From assembly GCF_001194135.2 (NCBI RefSeq), contig NC_068982.1, positions 93,526,781 through 93,590,780 of the forward strand: a DNA stretch of 64,000 bases, given 5' to 3'. Within the stretch, counting starts at the first letter, position 1. Each line of letters opens with the position of its first letter. Source of the stretch: Octopus bimaculoides (taxonomy: Eukaryota). The notes under the pieces are model-generated. The model was given only the letters and a program-made list of their open reading frames with translations. It ran no database searches and was not told the DNA's origin. Both the position numbers and the translations under genes were made by a program. Positions 38,645-49,639 of this stretch are shown here, piece after piece.

Positions 38645-39275
38645 AAAACAGTGGAGGGAGCCTATGGAAGAGATAGACCCAGGAAGACATGGGATAAGGT
38701 GATGAAGGACAACCTTCGAGCATTAGGCCTCACAGAAGCAATGACAAGCAACCGAGACCTTTGGAGATATGCTGTGCTCGAGAAGACCTGGCAAGCCAAG
38801 TGAGATTGTAGCTATGGCCAATGCCAGTGTCACATAACTGGCCCATTTAAAAGCATCCTTCAATCATTGGGCAATATGCCGTGCTTCTGAAGACCTGTTG
38901 AAGCAAGTGAAATCATAGTCATGACCGATGCCGCTGCCGCCTGACTGACACCCATGCTAGTAGCACATAAAAAACACCATTTGAGCATGGCCAATACCAA
39001 TGCCACCTGACTGGTACCCATGCCAGTGGCACATAAAAAGCACCATTTGAGTGTGGTCAGTGCCAGTGCCCCCTGACCAGCTCCCATGCTGGTGGCATGT
39101 AAAAAGCACCCACTACACTCTCGGAGTAGTTGGCATTAAGAAGGGCATCCAACTGTAGAAACCTTACCAAATCAGACTGGAGCCTGGTGCAGCCTCCCAT
39201 TTTGTCAGTCCTTAGTCAAACCATCCAGCCCATGCCAGCATGGAAAGCAGACGCTAAACAACAACAATGATGATG
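38645..39275 (+). mobile_element. RTE 3' end, older subfamily
   Basis: GRDRPRKTWDKVMKDNLRALGLTEAMTSNRDLWRYAVLEKTWQAK*, followed by a 3'UTR with tandem subrepeats and a tail. Confidence 0.85.
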
Positions 39276-41569
39276 ATGATGGTGGTGGTCGTGGTGGTGG
39301 TGGTGGTGGTGGTGGTGGTGATGATGATGATAAATATTTAATTCTCCCATTCACTATTATATCTTACCTGATCAGAGGTATCCTTCAACATATAATTCAG
39401 AATAGAAGAATGGGAATTGTAACATTCATGCTTTTCTCAAAGGCATTATTAAGAAATTAAACTGGATTACAGAATTATTTAGGTAGGAGTTTATTATCCA
39501 TGATATGGCACTGGTCTCATCATAGAATGTTGGGTGTACTTTAATTGATTTTCTCAACGTCAGTATTATATTTTACATATCTGGAACTTATATTTTACAT
39601 ATCTATGCTTAATACTTAATGTTGAGTATGTTGAATAGTTTTCAAATGCAGACTCAAACTATTAGAAAGTGAACTCAGAGCTGAAGCATATCATTCTATA
39701 TCACTGGGCTACATAATAATAAAATATTTGTCTTTTGCATTATTGTTGATAGCAACTGAAGTAATTACTATTCTAATGGAAAACAAAATGTATTCTAGTA
39801 ATTAATTGAAATACTAAATGAATATTGCAGTTTTAGTTAACATAAAATTATAATTGAAAGAAGAGGATGTACCTACAGCAAATAGTTTTGATTGTTCATT
39901 TGTCATATTCTCACTGTTGGTTACAAGATTTTCCCTGCTCTTTGTTATTTTTTTTGTTATTTTTAAAATTTGCTATTGAAATTAAACATGTATTTATCTA
40001 TTTAATTATTTATCATTTCCATGGTTTTTCATGTATGTATTTGTGCATGGGTTAGTCTGCTACAAAAAGCTCACCGTAAAGCTTAATGGTATGGAGTTCA
40101 GACATATAAACATCTGAGCTTAGCATTAAATTTCTTCCTCTCTAACCAGACAAAATCAGGAAAACGAAAATGAAGTAGGTGTGTTCTAAAGCCACTTGAA
40201 TAGGTTTCCTTAAAGGAGATATTTTTCAAATTACATTTTAGAGAGCCAAGCCAGGTCAGCTTGAAACAGTTCAAAGTAAGTGATGAAATAGATGTTCATT
40301 TATCTTTTGTTATGCTTTCAAATCCTTTGAAAATTGAGAACAGGAGGTAGCTAGCTATAAGAACAGGTTAGTAATATAAACTGAATTAAGTGTCCTGAAT
40401 TCCTGAAGTAGGATTTGTTAGCTGAGAAAATATATTCTAGTAAATGGCAAATATTTTCTCACACACTTTATTCTTTTTTTTTTCAATTACATGTAGAGAA
40501 ATTAAATCTTCTTCAGTATTTTATTCTTTTATTATTTTTCTTTTACTTTAGTTTTTTTTTTCTGGTTTTTGATATCATTTAATATCATACTGCAAATGAA
40601 AGACAAAGTTTGTATCACAGAAGCATTTTTTTCCTTCTAAAATTTTACAGACAGATTTTAAATAAAAGAAACACACTCACACACACAGATGAAGATACAG
40701 GTACATAAAAGCCTTTGAACACACACACACAGATGCAAGCATTCACACATATTCTGATGGTTGCTTTAGAGAGTGTCAACTTCCAATTCAACAGATTTTT
40801 CTGTTTTCCTATGTTTTTCGTTCATGATGTTGTTGTTGTTGTGGTGGTGGTGGTGGAGGTGGCGGCGGCGGCGGTGGTGGTGTAGCCTCAAGTCAATTCT
40901 GATCCTGTGCAGTCCTATAATATACAGGCTGGAAGCCACAGATCTATCATCCAGGTTATACTATGTATTCACCCATATATTGTGCAGTTGACAGTCTGAA
41001 CAAATTAGACTTTTACCTTTATCCAATCCATTCATGTATGCCAACAGATTTTGGTAATAGCCACAGCAACTATGGACAACAGCTCTACTTTCACCAGATA
41101 TCTTGTAAATGTTCAGTAGACTGAGTATTTTAGAAAGCCCAGTAGATTGGGCTTTACTGTTGGCTAGTAAGGAGAAGATAGAATTCAAAGTGTAGGAAAA
41201 GGTTATTAATGATTCCATTAGCTTTGAGGTGATTTCTTTACATTGACAAAGAGTCTTAAATATACTGGGAAGAGGAGTTATCAATTGATTTGATATGAAT
41301 ATTTGTCTTATAAACTCCAAATGGATAAAACATAAAAATGAAAGATTTGAACATCAAGGTTAAGAAACTAAATACCCAATACATTTATTATATCACACTA
41401 CCATCTTTTTGTAAGGTACTTTAATTAATTATGCAAAAAAGAATCCTTTCCTGAACACTACTCTTTCTGAAAATTCTACCATTCTTTACAAACAAGTGTG
41501 CAATAGTTTCTAAGTATCACATTTTAAAAGTAAATTGTTGTTTTGGATCTTTTTGGTTTGACGGGCAAC

Positions 41570-41800
41570 ATTTTTCATTTATGTTTTATGTAGTGTTTTT
41601 GGTACCGAAACACTTTCAAACTTCATATACTTGTATATTTTGTGTTATAGAACAAATAAAAATTTTTATATTCGAAGTTATTTCATGTAAAAAATTGTCG
41701 TATTTCGGTAATTTCAACCAATCACTTACGTCTATTGAGGTGAAAACAATTACTGCTGTAGAATGTAAACAACATATTCTAACGGTGTTAGAACTAATTT
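41570..41800. mobile_element. Non-autonomous interspersed repeat; inverted homologue at 58600-58775
   Basis: TATTCGAAGTTATTTCATGT...TTTCGGTAATTTCAACCAATCAC.TACGTCTATTGAGGTGAAAACAATTACTGCTGT is the reverse complement of ~58660-58750. Confidence 0.7.
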
Positions 41801-41952
41801 TTGTTAAGAAGGCTAAGAGAAAAAGATGTTTTATATGACACATTCTACCAGTATCCCAAGTTTGAAAGTGTTTCGTTAAGAAAACAAGTGTTGTCTGTCA
41901 AACCAAAAAGATCCGTTGTTTTTACATTATTTTTTGTTTTGTTACATTGCAG

Positions 41953-42059
41953 ATTTGCATTCTTGAAAGAAACAGCTGATTCAAGATTATCCATAACTGT
42001 AACACCGTGTGCATCAGACATAAACTGGAGGGTTATATTTAAAAGATTACATTCTAATT
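41953..42059 (+). CDS. NDNF: NDNF/Nord-family protein, coding exon 2
   Basis: Acceptor ttacattgcAG (41951-52) in phase 2, matching the upstream donor. Encodes FAFLKETADSRLSITVTPCASDINWRVIFK, similar to NDNF YFFVVEEDNTPLSVTVTPCDAPLEWKL. Donor T|GTAAGT at 42060, phase 1. Confidence 0.9.
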
Positions 42060-42104
42060 GTAAGTTTTTATTTGATATTATATATAGAAAAACATAACTG
42101 ACCT

Positions 42105-42276
42105 TGTTGCTTAGCATTCAAAGCAACCATATCCGTCCAAAATATTCTACTTGTCATTCTAAAAATAAATAATCACATCATCAAACTCTCAAAGCTACAA
42201 GATAATGCATGTTTAATTGAAAACAATATGAATAAATAAGCATTACATTTTACAGAATAATCTGAATGCTAAAGGG
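42105..42276 (-). mobile_element. Second, inverted copy of the piggyBac-type MITE
   Basis: Reverse complement CCCTTTAGCATTCAGATTATTCTGTAAAATGTAATGCTTATT... aligns with 35564 onward; the other end AGAATATTTTGG...ATGCTAA also aligns. Confidence 0.75.
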
Positions 42277-42861
42277 TTTACATTAATTTAACATTAAAAC
42301 CCATGAATTTGTGTGCATGTGTGGGAGAGGGTGTGTGCATGGTAATGCTTTCTGCTAGATTATTACATTCTTTCCAACATGCAAGCTACACTTTCTGATA
42401 AATTTAATTGAAAAATTCAAAATATAAGTCTTAAGGAATGTAATTATTTCTTATTCTATGCTCTTAATATTCCCACCACTGGAAAAACAAAAGGAAAAAA
42501 AAGCTAATATGAAAACCTTTGTGTAATCTCACCACCTACAAGAAATCAATCCATACCATCTTTGAAAAGGAAAAGTACATTGATAATGTAGTTCAAGGTA
42601 CATTGTGTCTGAAAACATGGACATGATCATGGTTTGAACATTTCCTATCACAGACAGACATGAAGTAAAATAACAACAAATTATAATTTAAGTAATTTAA
42701 AAGACAGATCATCATCATATAACACTCATGTTCCATACTAACATGGGTTAGATGACTTGACTTGGCAGGATCCAATGTATCCAAGGACTGCAAGACACTC
42801 CAGTGTCTGCTTTGGCATGGTTTTTATGACTGGATACCCTTCCTAATGCCAACCACTCTAC

Positions 42862-43470
42862 TGGGGGCATTGTCTGTTTGAGACAAGCTCTTCAGGCATG
42901 GAAGTGCCAACAGCCAAACCTGCCTGAGATGCATGCAATTATTCCGTGTCCGTGCATTAGAGACATGTGGGTTTGTGTTGAGCAGTTGCTGTCTTATGTA
43001 AGACAAATCCAGCTGTCCACTGAGTATGTAGTGAAGACCCAAGCACCGCCTTGCTTTGGCAGAAAAGAAAGGCAGATTTTTCTCTGCTTAGTGACTGTGG
43101 CAAAAGAGGTTGTGTGGTGAATCCATCTGAAAGGTTTGAAAGCAGACACTTTCCTACCTGATTAAACACTCATCAATTTCTTCAAATATCATCTGAAAAG
43201 GAAGGTGAGGGTAGAGAGGGAAGTACTGCCTTTTAATGTGTTTATCAAAAAATAGATAAGAGTGGCAAGACTGGTGAGACTGAATGGATCTACTCTGAGT
43301 ATGCCTTTCTAAGTAGAAGAAAACAAACTGGAAGATGGCACTTCCCATGCCTTGGGAATGGCAGAGTAATATGTGTCTTTTGATGAGGTTCACCCTGCAT
43401 TACCCTAAGAGGACTGCCCTGCTATTGGGGATTCTATTTATTTCTCTAACTTCTATTTGTATATCCTTTA
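42862..43470 (+). mobile_element. Tx1/L1-clade 3' fragment in the last NDNF intron
   Basis: Collinear with 28190-28700; followed by (AAT)n(TAT)n. Confidence 0.75.
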
Positions 43471-43489
43471 ATAATAATAATAATAATAA

Positions 43490-43520
<31 letters not shown>

Positions 43521-43642
43521 TTGTAAAACTTATGATTATGATTAATGAAATTGAATAATTTTGTATTTGTCGAAGAATTTTTTGTGTATGCTGATAATCA
43601 AAGTAATTTTTTTTTCTGTTCTTTTTACCCTGCCAATTGCAG

Positions 43643-44964
43643 CACAGTTTGAATCTGCAGGCACACCAATATCACAGTCTCTTGCTCTTCAAAACTTTTC
43701 GGGAGATGCTAGCAATACCTACCAAGAGAAGGAAGGACGCAAGGGTCTTTATATAGTTGAATTAGAAGCAATAACTTCTGAAACTTATGCAAGAGTCTAT
43801 GTCACAACTACTCCTGATATTGACAACATTTTCCCCTTGCCACCAGCAGATAACCATCTCAACACAACCATGAAAACAGCAAAAGATGTCAGTGTCGCAT
43901 GGAAACCAAGTTCATCATCTACCAATAAAATCAAGTACTGTGTATCTTTTAGTCGGAAAAGACAATTTTATACCAACTGTGGAGTTTTAGCACATTTCCA
44001 TGGTGATGCAAAACCCACTCTTCCACCTCACACTGGGTTTGGATTTAAAGAAGAAAAGAAAAAAAGGCTTTTAAGAAAATCAGCAAAGCCTATTCGTTCA
44101 GCTCCAAAAGGGCATATTTTTTACGATTGCGTTGGAAGTAAACTTTCTTATACGTTTAAAAAAGGCAAACCAGGTCGAAAGTACTTTATCAATGTGTTTG
44201 CTATTAACTCCACTTCTAATATGTCAATCAGTTATGCTGGTGTACAAGTTAAGCTTAAACGAAACAAGAAAAAACGTTTTGTAGTGAAAGAAAATAAAGT
44301 GCAAACACTAGTAATCAAACGGAGAAAAATACCAAAATTATATTTTAGTCTTTCACGAAATGTTAAGGCTTTGAATCTATTTTTGCAAGCCTGTGGTGAT
44401 GTCATGAAAATACGTGTTACTAAAAGTAAGCAAAAAACAAAAGTTGTACGCAGTAGCATAACATTTTTTAGAAAACTTGTCTTGAAAGATCTTGAAGCTG
44501 GAAATTACCAGATTCGTGTATCTCGAGACAAAAAAAATCATGGACTGCAGCAATCCCTTACATTATTATTGCAAGACAGTTCTTCACATATTGATGTTCC
44601 TAGACTTCCACACAATGCAAAAGTAACAGTTTTAAGCAACTCTACCCTCTGCAACCAAGTGACAATTTCTTGGAATGCTACAGAAAAGAATCAACGCTAT
44701 TGTGTATACAAAAGTAAAATTCCTAAAATAATTCCCGAAATCAGAGCCAATAGAAAGGTACAACCACAGTGCGTTGCAGTTGCATCAAGAAAAAAATTTG
44801 CAAAATTGTTTTGTAAAGTAGCAAATAAACAAAAAGTGTTCACAGAAACTATTGACAAATTAACTCCAGGGACAAGTTATATGGTTTCTGTCTATGTAGG
44901 TCTTCGGGAACGAGAAATGTTTGCTTATCAATCTGTGTTTGTGACAACCAAATCGTATTGCTAA
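43643..44964 (+). CDS. NDNF: NDNF/Nord-family protein, large terminal coding exon (FN3 domains, Cys motifs)
   Basis: Lies within the 467-aa ORF. The acceptor after a long pyrimidine tract (AG 43641-42) is phase 1, matching exon 2; a weaker in-phase alternative AG is at 43659-60. Motifs GLYIVEL, VYVTTTPD, VAWKPS, KYCV, DCVGSK, PGRKYFINVFAINSTSNMSISYAG, CNQVTISW, RYCVYK, TETIDKLTPGTSYMVSVYV and YQSVFVTTKSYC* parallel vertebrate NDNF through to the C-terminal Cys. Spliced CDS is 215+107+1322=1644 nt, 547 aa. Confidence 0.95.
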
Positions 44965-45296
44965 CCTAAGAATTATAAATATTGCCATGTACATATGCAG
45001 ACATACAAAATTATGATACATGTTCATGTTTGCTCGGGTAAATTGGAGCGAATGAAAGGGAGAGAAAGGCAGGGAAAAATGTGGTTTTGTATTATGTTGA
45101 TCTGAATGTGGGATTGTATTAGCATCTGTGTACATATATTAAATTTTTTTTTCACTCACTTATTGATAAACGGGTGGTGACTGAATTAGGGTCTCTATAA
45201 CCTTTTTCCAGACATTTTACTTTTTATTTTATTTTTATCGTTAAAGAAAACCCACCAACTTACAAATGAGTATTATTGTTATTATTATTATCATTA

Positions 45297-45350
<54 letters not shown>

Positions 45351-46199
45351 GTGAAATGATGCAATCAAATTATAATTTCTTTCTATAGGTTCTATTCTTG
45401 AAATCGTATTGACAGCTAATGTTACCTCTTATGTAGCTATAAACTATAATACTGTTGCTGAGCAGTAGTCAAAATTGGACCAAATATTATGCAAGCCATG
45501 TCAGTAATTACGATTCATTTATTCTTAATACCTCAATATTTCTTCATTTGAGCCTCAAAATATAAAGCTTAAAACTGATCCAGCAAATCAAATACTTAAT
45601 CAATCTTTCATGAATAGCATTCTGATGAATATCATTGCTAATTTTAATATTTGCGCTTTTGTTGAGTGATCAGTTCTCATCTGTCTAGCTATCAATTACA
45701 AGTACTTTTACAGTACAAGCTTCACTTGTTGCCAATGAGCTCTTGCTTTGTCCCATTATCAGAATCTTCTCTTAGACCCTGCTGGTGCAATTCAGGGGAG
45801 GCAAGAACAACACTTCTAACATATTTGGCTGGTCAAATTGATGTTCAGTGTCTGGATCTCGCTTGGAACACCTGTCCCACATTGCAACTTCCATATGATG
45901 TAAATTTACATAATATTTTGATAAATTAATAGCAACATTTTGATAATCAAAATTTAAAAAGTAAACAATAATGAATAAAAATGTACATAACTTATATTAG
46001 ATGTCTTAATTTGTATTAATTTGTCAGATCAGAAGAATTGTGCCATGACCTTTGTAAGCCTTTCCAAGACTGATGACTGTGATGCAGTTCAGTTTGAATA
46101 CAAAAGTTCAGTTTTATCTTTTGTACTTTTAACATCTGCAAGGCAAACAAAAGTGGAAAGGTATATTCACAATTTTCTGCTTTGAGAAGGAATGATTGG

Positions 46200-47050
46200 A
46201 CAAAATATTTAATGTGAGATTTTGCTCAGTGAAACACAGTAAAGATGATAAAATGAAGAGAAACAGATGGATTGAGCAGGCTAGTGAGGTGGCCTATTCA
46301 TTTCTCTAGTCCAGAGGAGCGAGTTGTTATAGTTGTGATAGGGAATATGTACAAATAAACAGCATGTCTGAAGCCAATGCTTGTAGTCATCCGTATGTTG
46401 TAGTTACACCTTCCTAAATATGTGAACAGTATTCTAATATTCATTTAAGGTGAAATTCAGAAACAGGTAATGGTGATGTAGTATCTGGCTCTGAAGAAGC
46501 TTAATTTTTACAATACAGTTATTGCTGTGTTATATATGTGATGTTACTAAAAACAATTGTCAGAAATTGTCTATGAAGCATTTGCAGTGATTTGAGAGAC
46601 TTAGTTGCATGTTATTCATGCACTGGGAGAATATAGTGCAAGATTCTTTTACATGTGTAGTGATCATGTTTCTGAGTTTCTGAAGGAGACAAAGTTACCA
46701 TGACTTCATTACAGAATGTTTTTGAGTTCTCTGTTCATAGAAGCAGCGTATATCTAACATGAAATGTAGATGATACCTGAGTGTGGAAAATCAAAGAGGA
46801 TTGAAAGTTGACATCATCTGCAAAATTGTTGCCTGTGTGTGATAAGAAGTGACAACAAGTAGGTCATTAATGTACAGAAGCAAGAGTAAGAAATATAGAT
46901 CAGCTTTGGAGTATATCACACTTAAGATAGTATCTTCTAAATTTGATAAATGTGTTTCATTTTTGATAAGTTTCATTAAACATCAAAATAAAATGATAAG
47001 GATGAAGGTGGAATCACTTTCCTTCAGTACAGAATAGCATGAAATGTTAT
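46200..47050 (-). mobile_element. Very old CR1/L2 RT relic
   Basis: LLLLLYINDLL...ILQMMST resembles the LFLLYINDL...FADD region. Confidence 0.35.
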
Positions 47051-48243
47051 AATTGAAAAATCAAATATCATCATTTGGAGAGATGGTTAAACATTTTGGG
47101 CATGAATGCAGGAGTATTTACCTATGTATCTTAGAGAAGTCTTAAATCTTTGATAGAAGTTCAATTAATATCTACATTATCTCCCTTAAAAATGCTTCTG
47201 TCTTTTGTTCATAAATGACATGTAACTAATAATAAATGCAAAGGAAAATAGTAGGAAATACACATTAGATGTACTTTGAATAAAATGTTAGATTATTGGG
47301 GCACTGCTTAAACTTAAATATCTTTACACCAGAAATTGGACTGATTTCCTGTTGCCTGTTTTAGAATTTCAGCTCAACATCGTGTACTAATTAAACAGTG
47401 ATCAGAACATCTCTATGATTTCTATTTTTCAGCTAGGTGGATTAATATTTACTTAGCTTTGCCAATACAATGAGTGTTGGCAATGGAATTAAAAACAATT
47501 GACTCTTCAGCTGTTGTATTCTAGATATTATGGATTCTGCCAAAAGTCTCTTTATCACTTTCCTTGATTTATACTTGAGCTTTAGGATACATATTTATAG
47601 AGAAATAAAGTCAGATTAGAGGGTTTAATGCTTTTCTCAAGGTCTTTAACAGCATAAGTGAAATGAATTGGCTTCAACCAAGAATAAAAACTGGCTTGAT
47701 TACCTTTTTCTCTATAGTGTTCATTACTATCTACCATTATTTCTTACATAAACACAAGACCAATTTTTGTACATGAATAGTGTTGCCAGTTGAATCAACC
47801 CAGTATATTACTGGCTCTTTATTTTATCAATGCCAGAAGGATGAATAAGAAAGTTGACTTGTGTAGAATTTGGACAGAAAAATCTACAAATATCAAAAAC
47901 TAAAAACCATTATGATTTTAGTATAACATCCCTCACACACACATCCCATTGCTTCAGTCAACTTGACTTCTTTTTTAACACCTAAACACCTCATTTACTT
48001 CACCTGTTAATGTAGAATATTTCAGGCCAGTAGTGAATTCATTTTCACTGCTTTGGTAGTCATTTTTTACTTTATGTAATTTGCATTCAATCAATGGCAT
48101 CATAGTATCATTTACCATAATGTTATGGGGAAAGTTTGTTTTGTGGTGATGACAATAATTGTAATCAGAAAAGAAATTTTATTAACAACAACCAAACAAA
48201 CATCATAGAATTGTCCTTGTGAAACAGTTGAGACATATATATG

Positions 48244-48278
<35 letters not shown>

Positions 48279-48650
48279 NNNNNNNNNNNNNNNNNNNNNN
48301 NNNNNNNNNNNNNNNNNNNNNNNNNNNNNNNNNNNNNNNNNNNNNNNNNNNNNNNNNNNNNNNNNNNNNNNNNNNNNNNNNNNNNNNNNNNNNNNNNNNN
48401 NNNNNNNNNNNNNNNNNNNNNNNNNNNNNNNNNNNNNNNNNNNNNNNNNNNNNNNNNNNNNNNNNNNNNNNNNNNNNNNNNNNNNNNNNNNNNNNNNNNN
48501 NNNNNNNNNNNNNNNNNNNNNNNNNNNNNNNNNNNNNNNNNNNNNNNNNNNNNNNNNNNNNNNNNNNNNNNNNNNNNNNNNNNNNNNNNNNNNNNNNNNN
48601 NNNNTATATATATATATATATATATATACTTTATTTAAAAGCAGTTTTGT

Positions 48651-48699
48651 TAACAAAACTGTCCGACGAACGTGAAACTCTGAGTAACAGCTTTTGTTA
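48651..48699 (+). ncRNA. Minimal type I hammerhead candidate
   Basis: TAACAAAACTGT/ACAG(C)TTTTGTTA gives a 12-bp stem I with one bulge. Core CCGACGA (U4C), 4-nt ACGT in place of stem II, GAAAC, ACTC-T-GAGT stem III, GUA triplet. It is enclosed by a perfect 16-bp inverted repeat (48629-44 / 48708-23). Confidence 0.65.
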
Positions 48700-48988
48700 T
48701 ATTTCTGCTGCTTTTAAATAAAGCATATTACTCTACCTCTGGTGTTTGAGTATTCTTTTTTCCACCTTGTTTCACATTTATGTGCTTACTGCGGTATTTT
48801 GATATATATATATATATATATATAAAGCAGTTGTATACTGTTGACTTTACGTGACAATCCCAATAAGGGAATCATACTGCTGCTATTTAGCCCTAAGAAG
48901 TTGGACCGCTTCCTGTTGGCCTTGATACGTTTTCTGTGTCCTTTTGTTTATGAGGGAGAGACAAGCACCGCCACCCAGCCTAGCCTGC

Positions 48989-49033
48989 CTTCAGCGATAT
49001 GTTTCTGAGTTTTTGCTCGTCATCAGCCTGAAG
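48989..49033 (-). ncRNA. Type I hammerhead (left arm)
   Basis: CUUCAGG-CUGAUGA-CGAG-caaaaa-CUCA-GAAAC-AU-AUC-GCUGAAG; intact core with single mismatches in the stems. Confidence 0.7.
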
Positions 49034-49101
49034 TGTTTTCACTAGAAATATATATGTTTGTGAGAGGTTGACAGGCATCTTCAGCCAGCTGGTCATGCTA
49101 C

Positions 49102-49144
49102 TTCAGGCCGATGATGAGCATAGACTCAGAAACATGTCCCTGAA
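49102..49144 (+). ncRNA. Type I hammerhead (right arm)
   Basis: UUCAGG-CCGAUGA-UGAG-cauaga-CUCA-GAAAC-AU-GUC-CCUGAA: perfect 6-bp stem I, 4-bp stem II, palindromic ACAUGU stem III, GUC site; U4C core change. Confidence 0.75.
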
Positions 49145-49639
49145 TGCAGGCTAGGCTGGGTGGAGGTGCTTGTCTCCTCCTCACAAATATAAGAACACAG
49201 GAAATGTATCAAGGCCGACAGGAAGCGGTCCAGCTTCTTAGGGCTAAATAGCAGCAGTATGATTCCCTTATTGGGACTGTCACGTTAAGTTGATAGTATA
49301 CAACTGCTTTATCGTAACATTGCTGCTTAAGTCTCTCTGTGAGATTTATAATTAGATAATTTCTAATATANNNNNNNNNNNNNNNNNNNNNNNNNNNNNN
49401 NNNNNNNNNNNNNNNNNNNNNNNNNNNNNNNNNNNNNNNNNNNNNNNNNNNNNNNNNNNNNNNNNNNNNNNNNNNNNNNNNNNNNNNNNNNNNNNNNNNN
49501 NNNNNNNNNNNNNNNNNNNNNNNNNNNNNNNNNNNNNNNNNNNNNNNNNNNNNNNNNNNNNNAACTAACCAATTCAGATGATTATCATCTGAATTGGTTA
49601 GTTTTTCATTGTTTTTTCTTCTTGTTTTTTACCTTTGTG

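Larger units (their letters stand above)
48826..49312. mobile_element. Inverted pair of ~210-bp HHR-bearing PLE-type arms
   Basis: 48826-49033 is the diverged reverse complement of 49101-49312, with a ~65-bp spacer. Confidence 0.8.

Noticed and set aside
27240-39120. CRISPR-like repeat-spacer arrays
   Set aside because: Eukaryotic context, degenerate units without unique constant-length spacers, and no cas genes.
40961-41320. 119-aa minus-strand ORF as an antisense gene within NDNF
   Set aside because: Starts at a non-ATG codon and faintly resembles a decayed CR1/L2 RT segment; no splice or other support.
43561-43642. ORF-track start of the 467-aa NDNF ORF, which looks like a signal peptide
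   Set aside because: It begins at TTG, and the hydrophobic stretch is the intronic polypyrimidine tract. Upstream homologous exons splice in phase at 43643.
45974-45979. AATAAA as the NDNF poly(A) signal
   Set aside because: One of many such hexamers in AT-rich sequence; it cannot be assigned without 3'-end data.
46074-46100. CTGATGA-CTG-tgatg-CAG
   Set aside because: No GAAA after the stem and no stems I or III.
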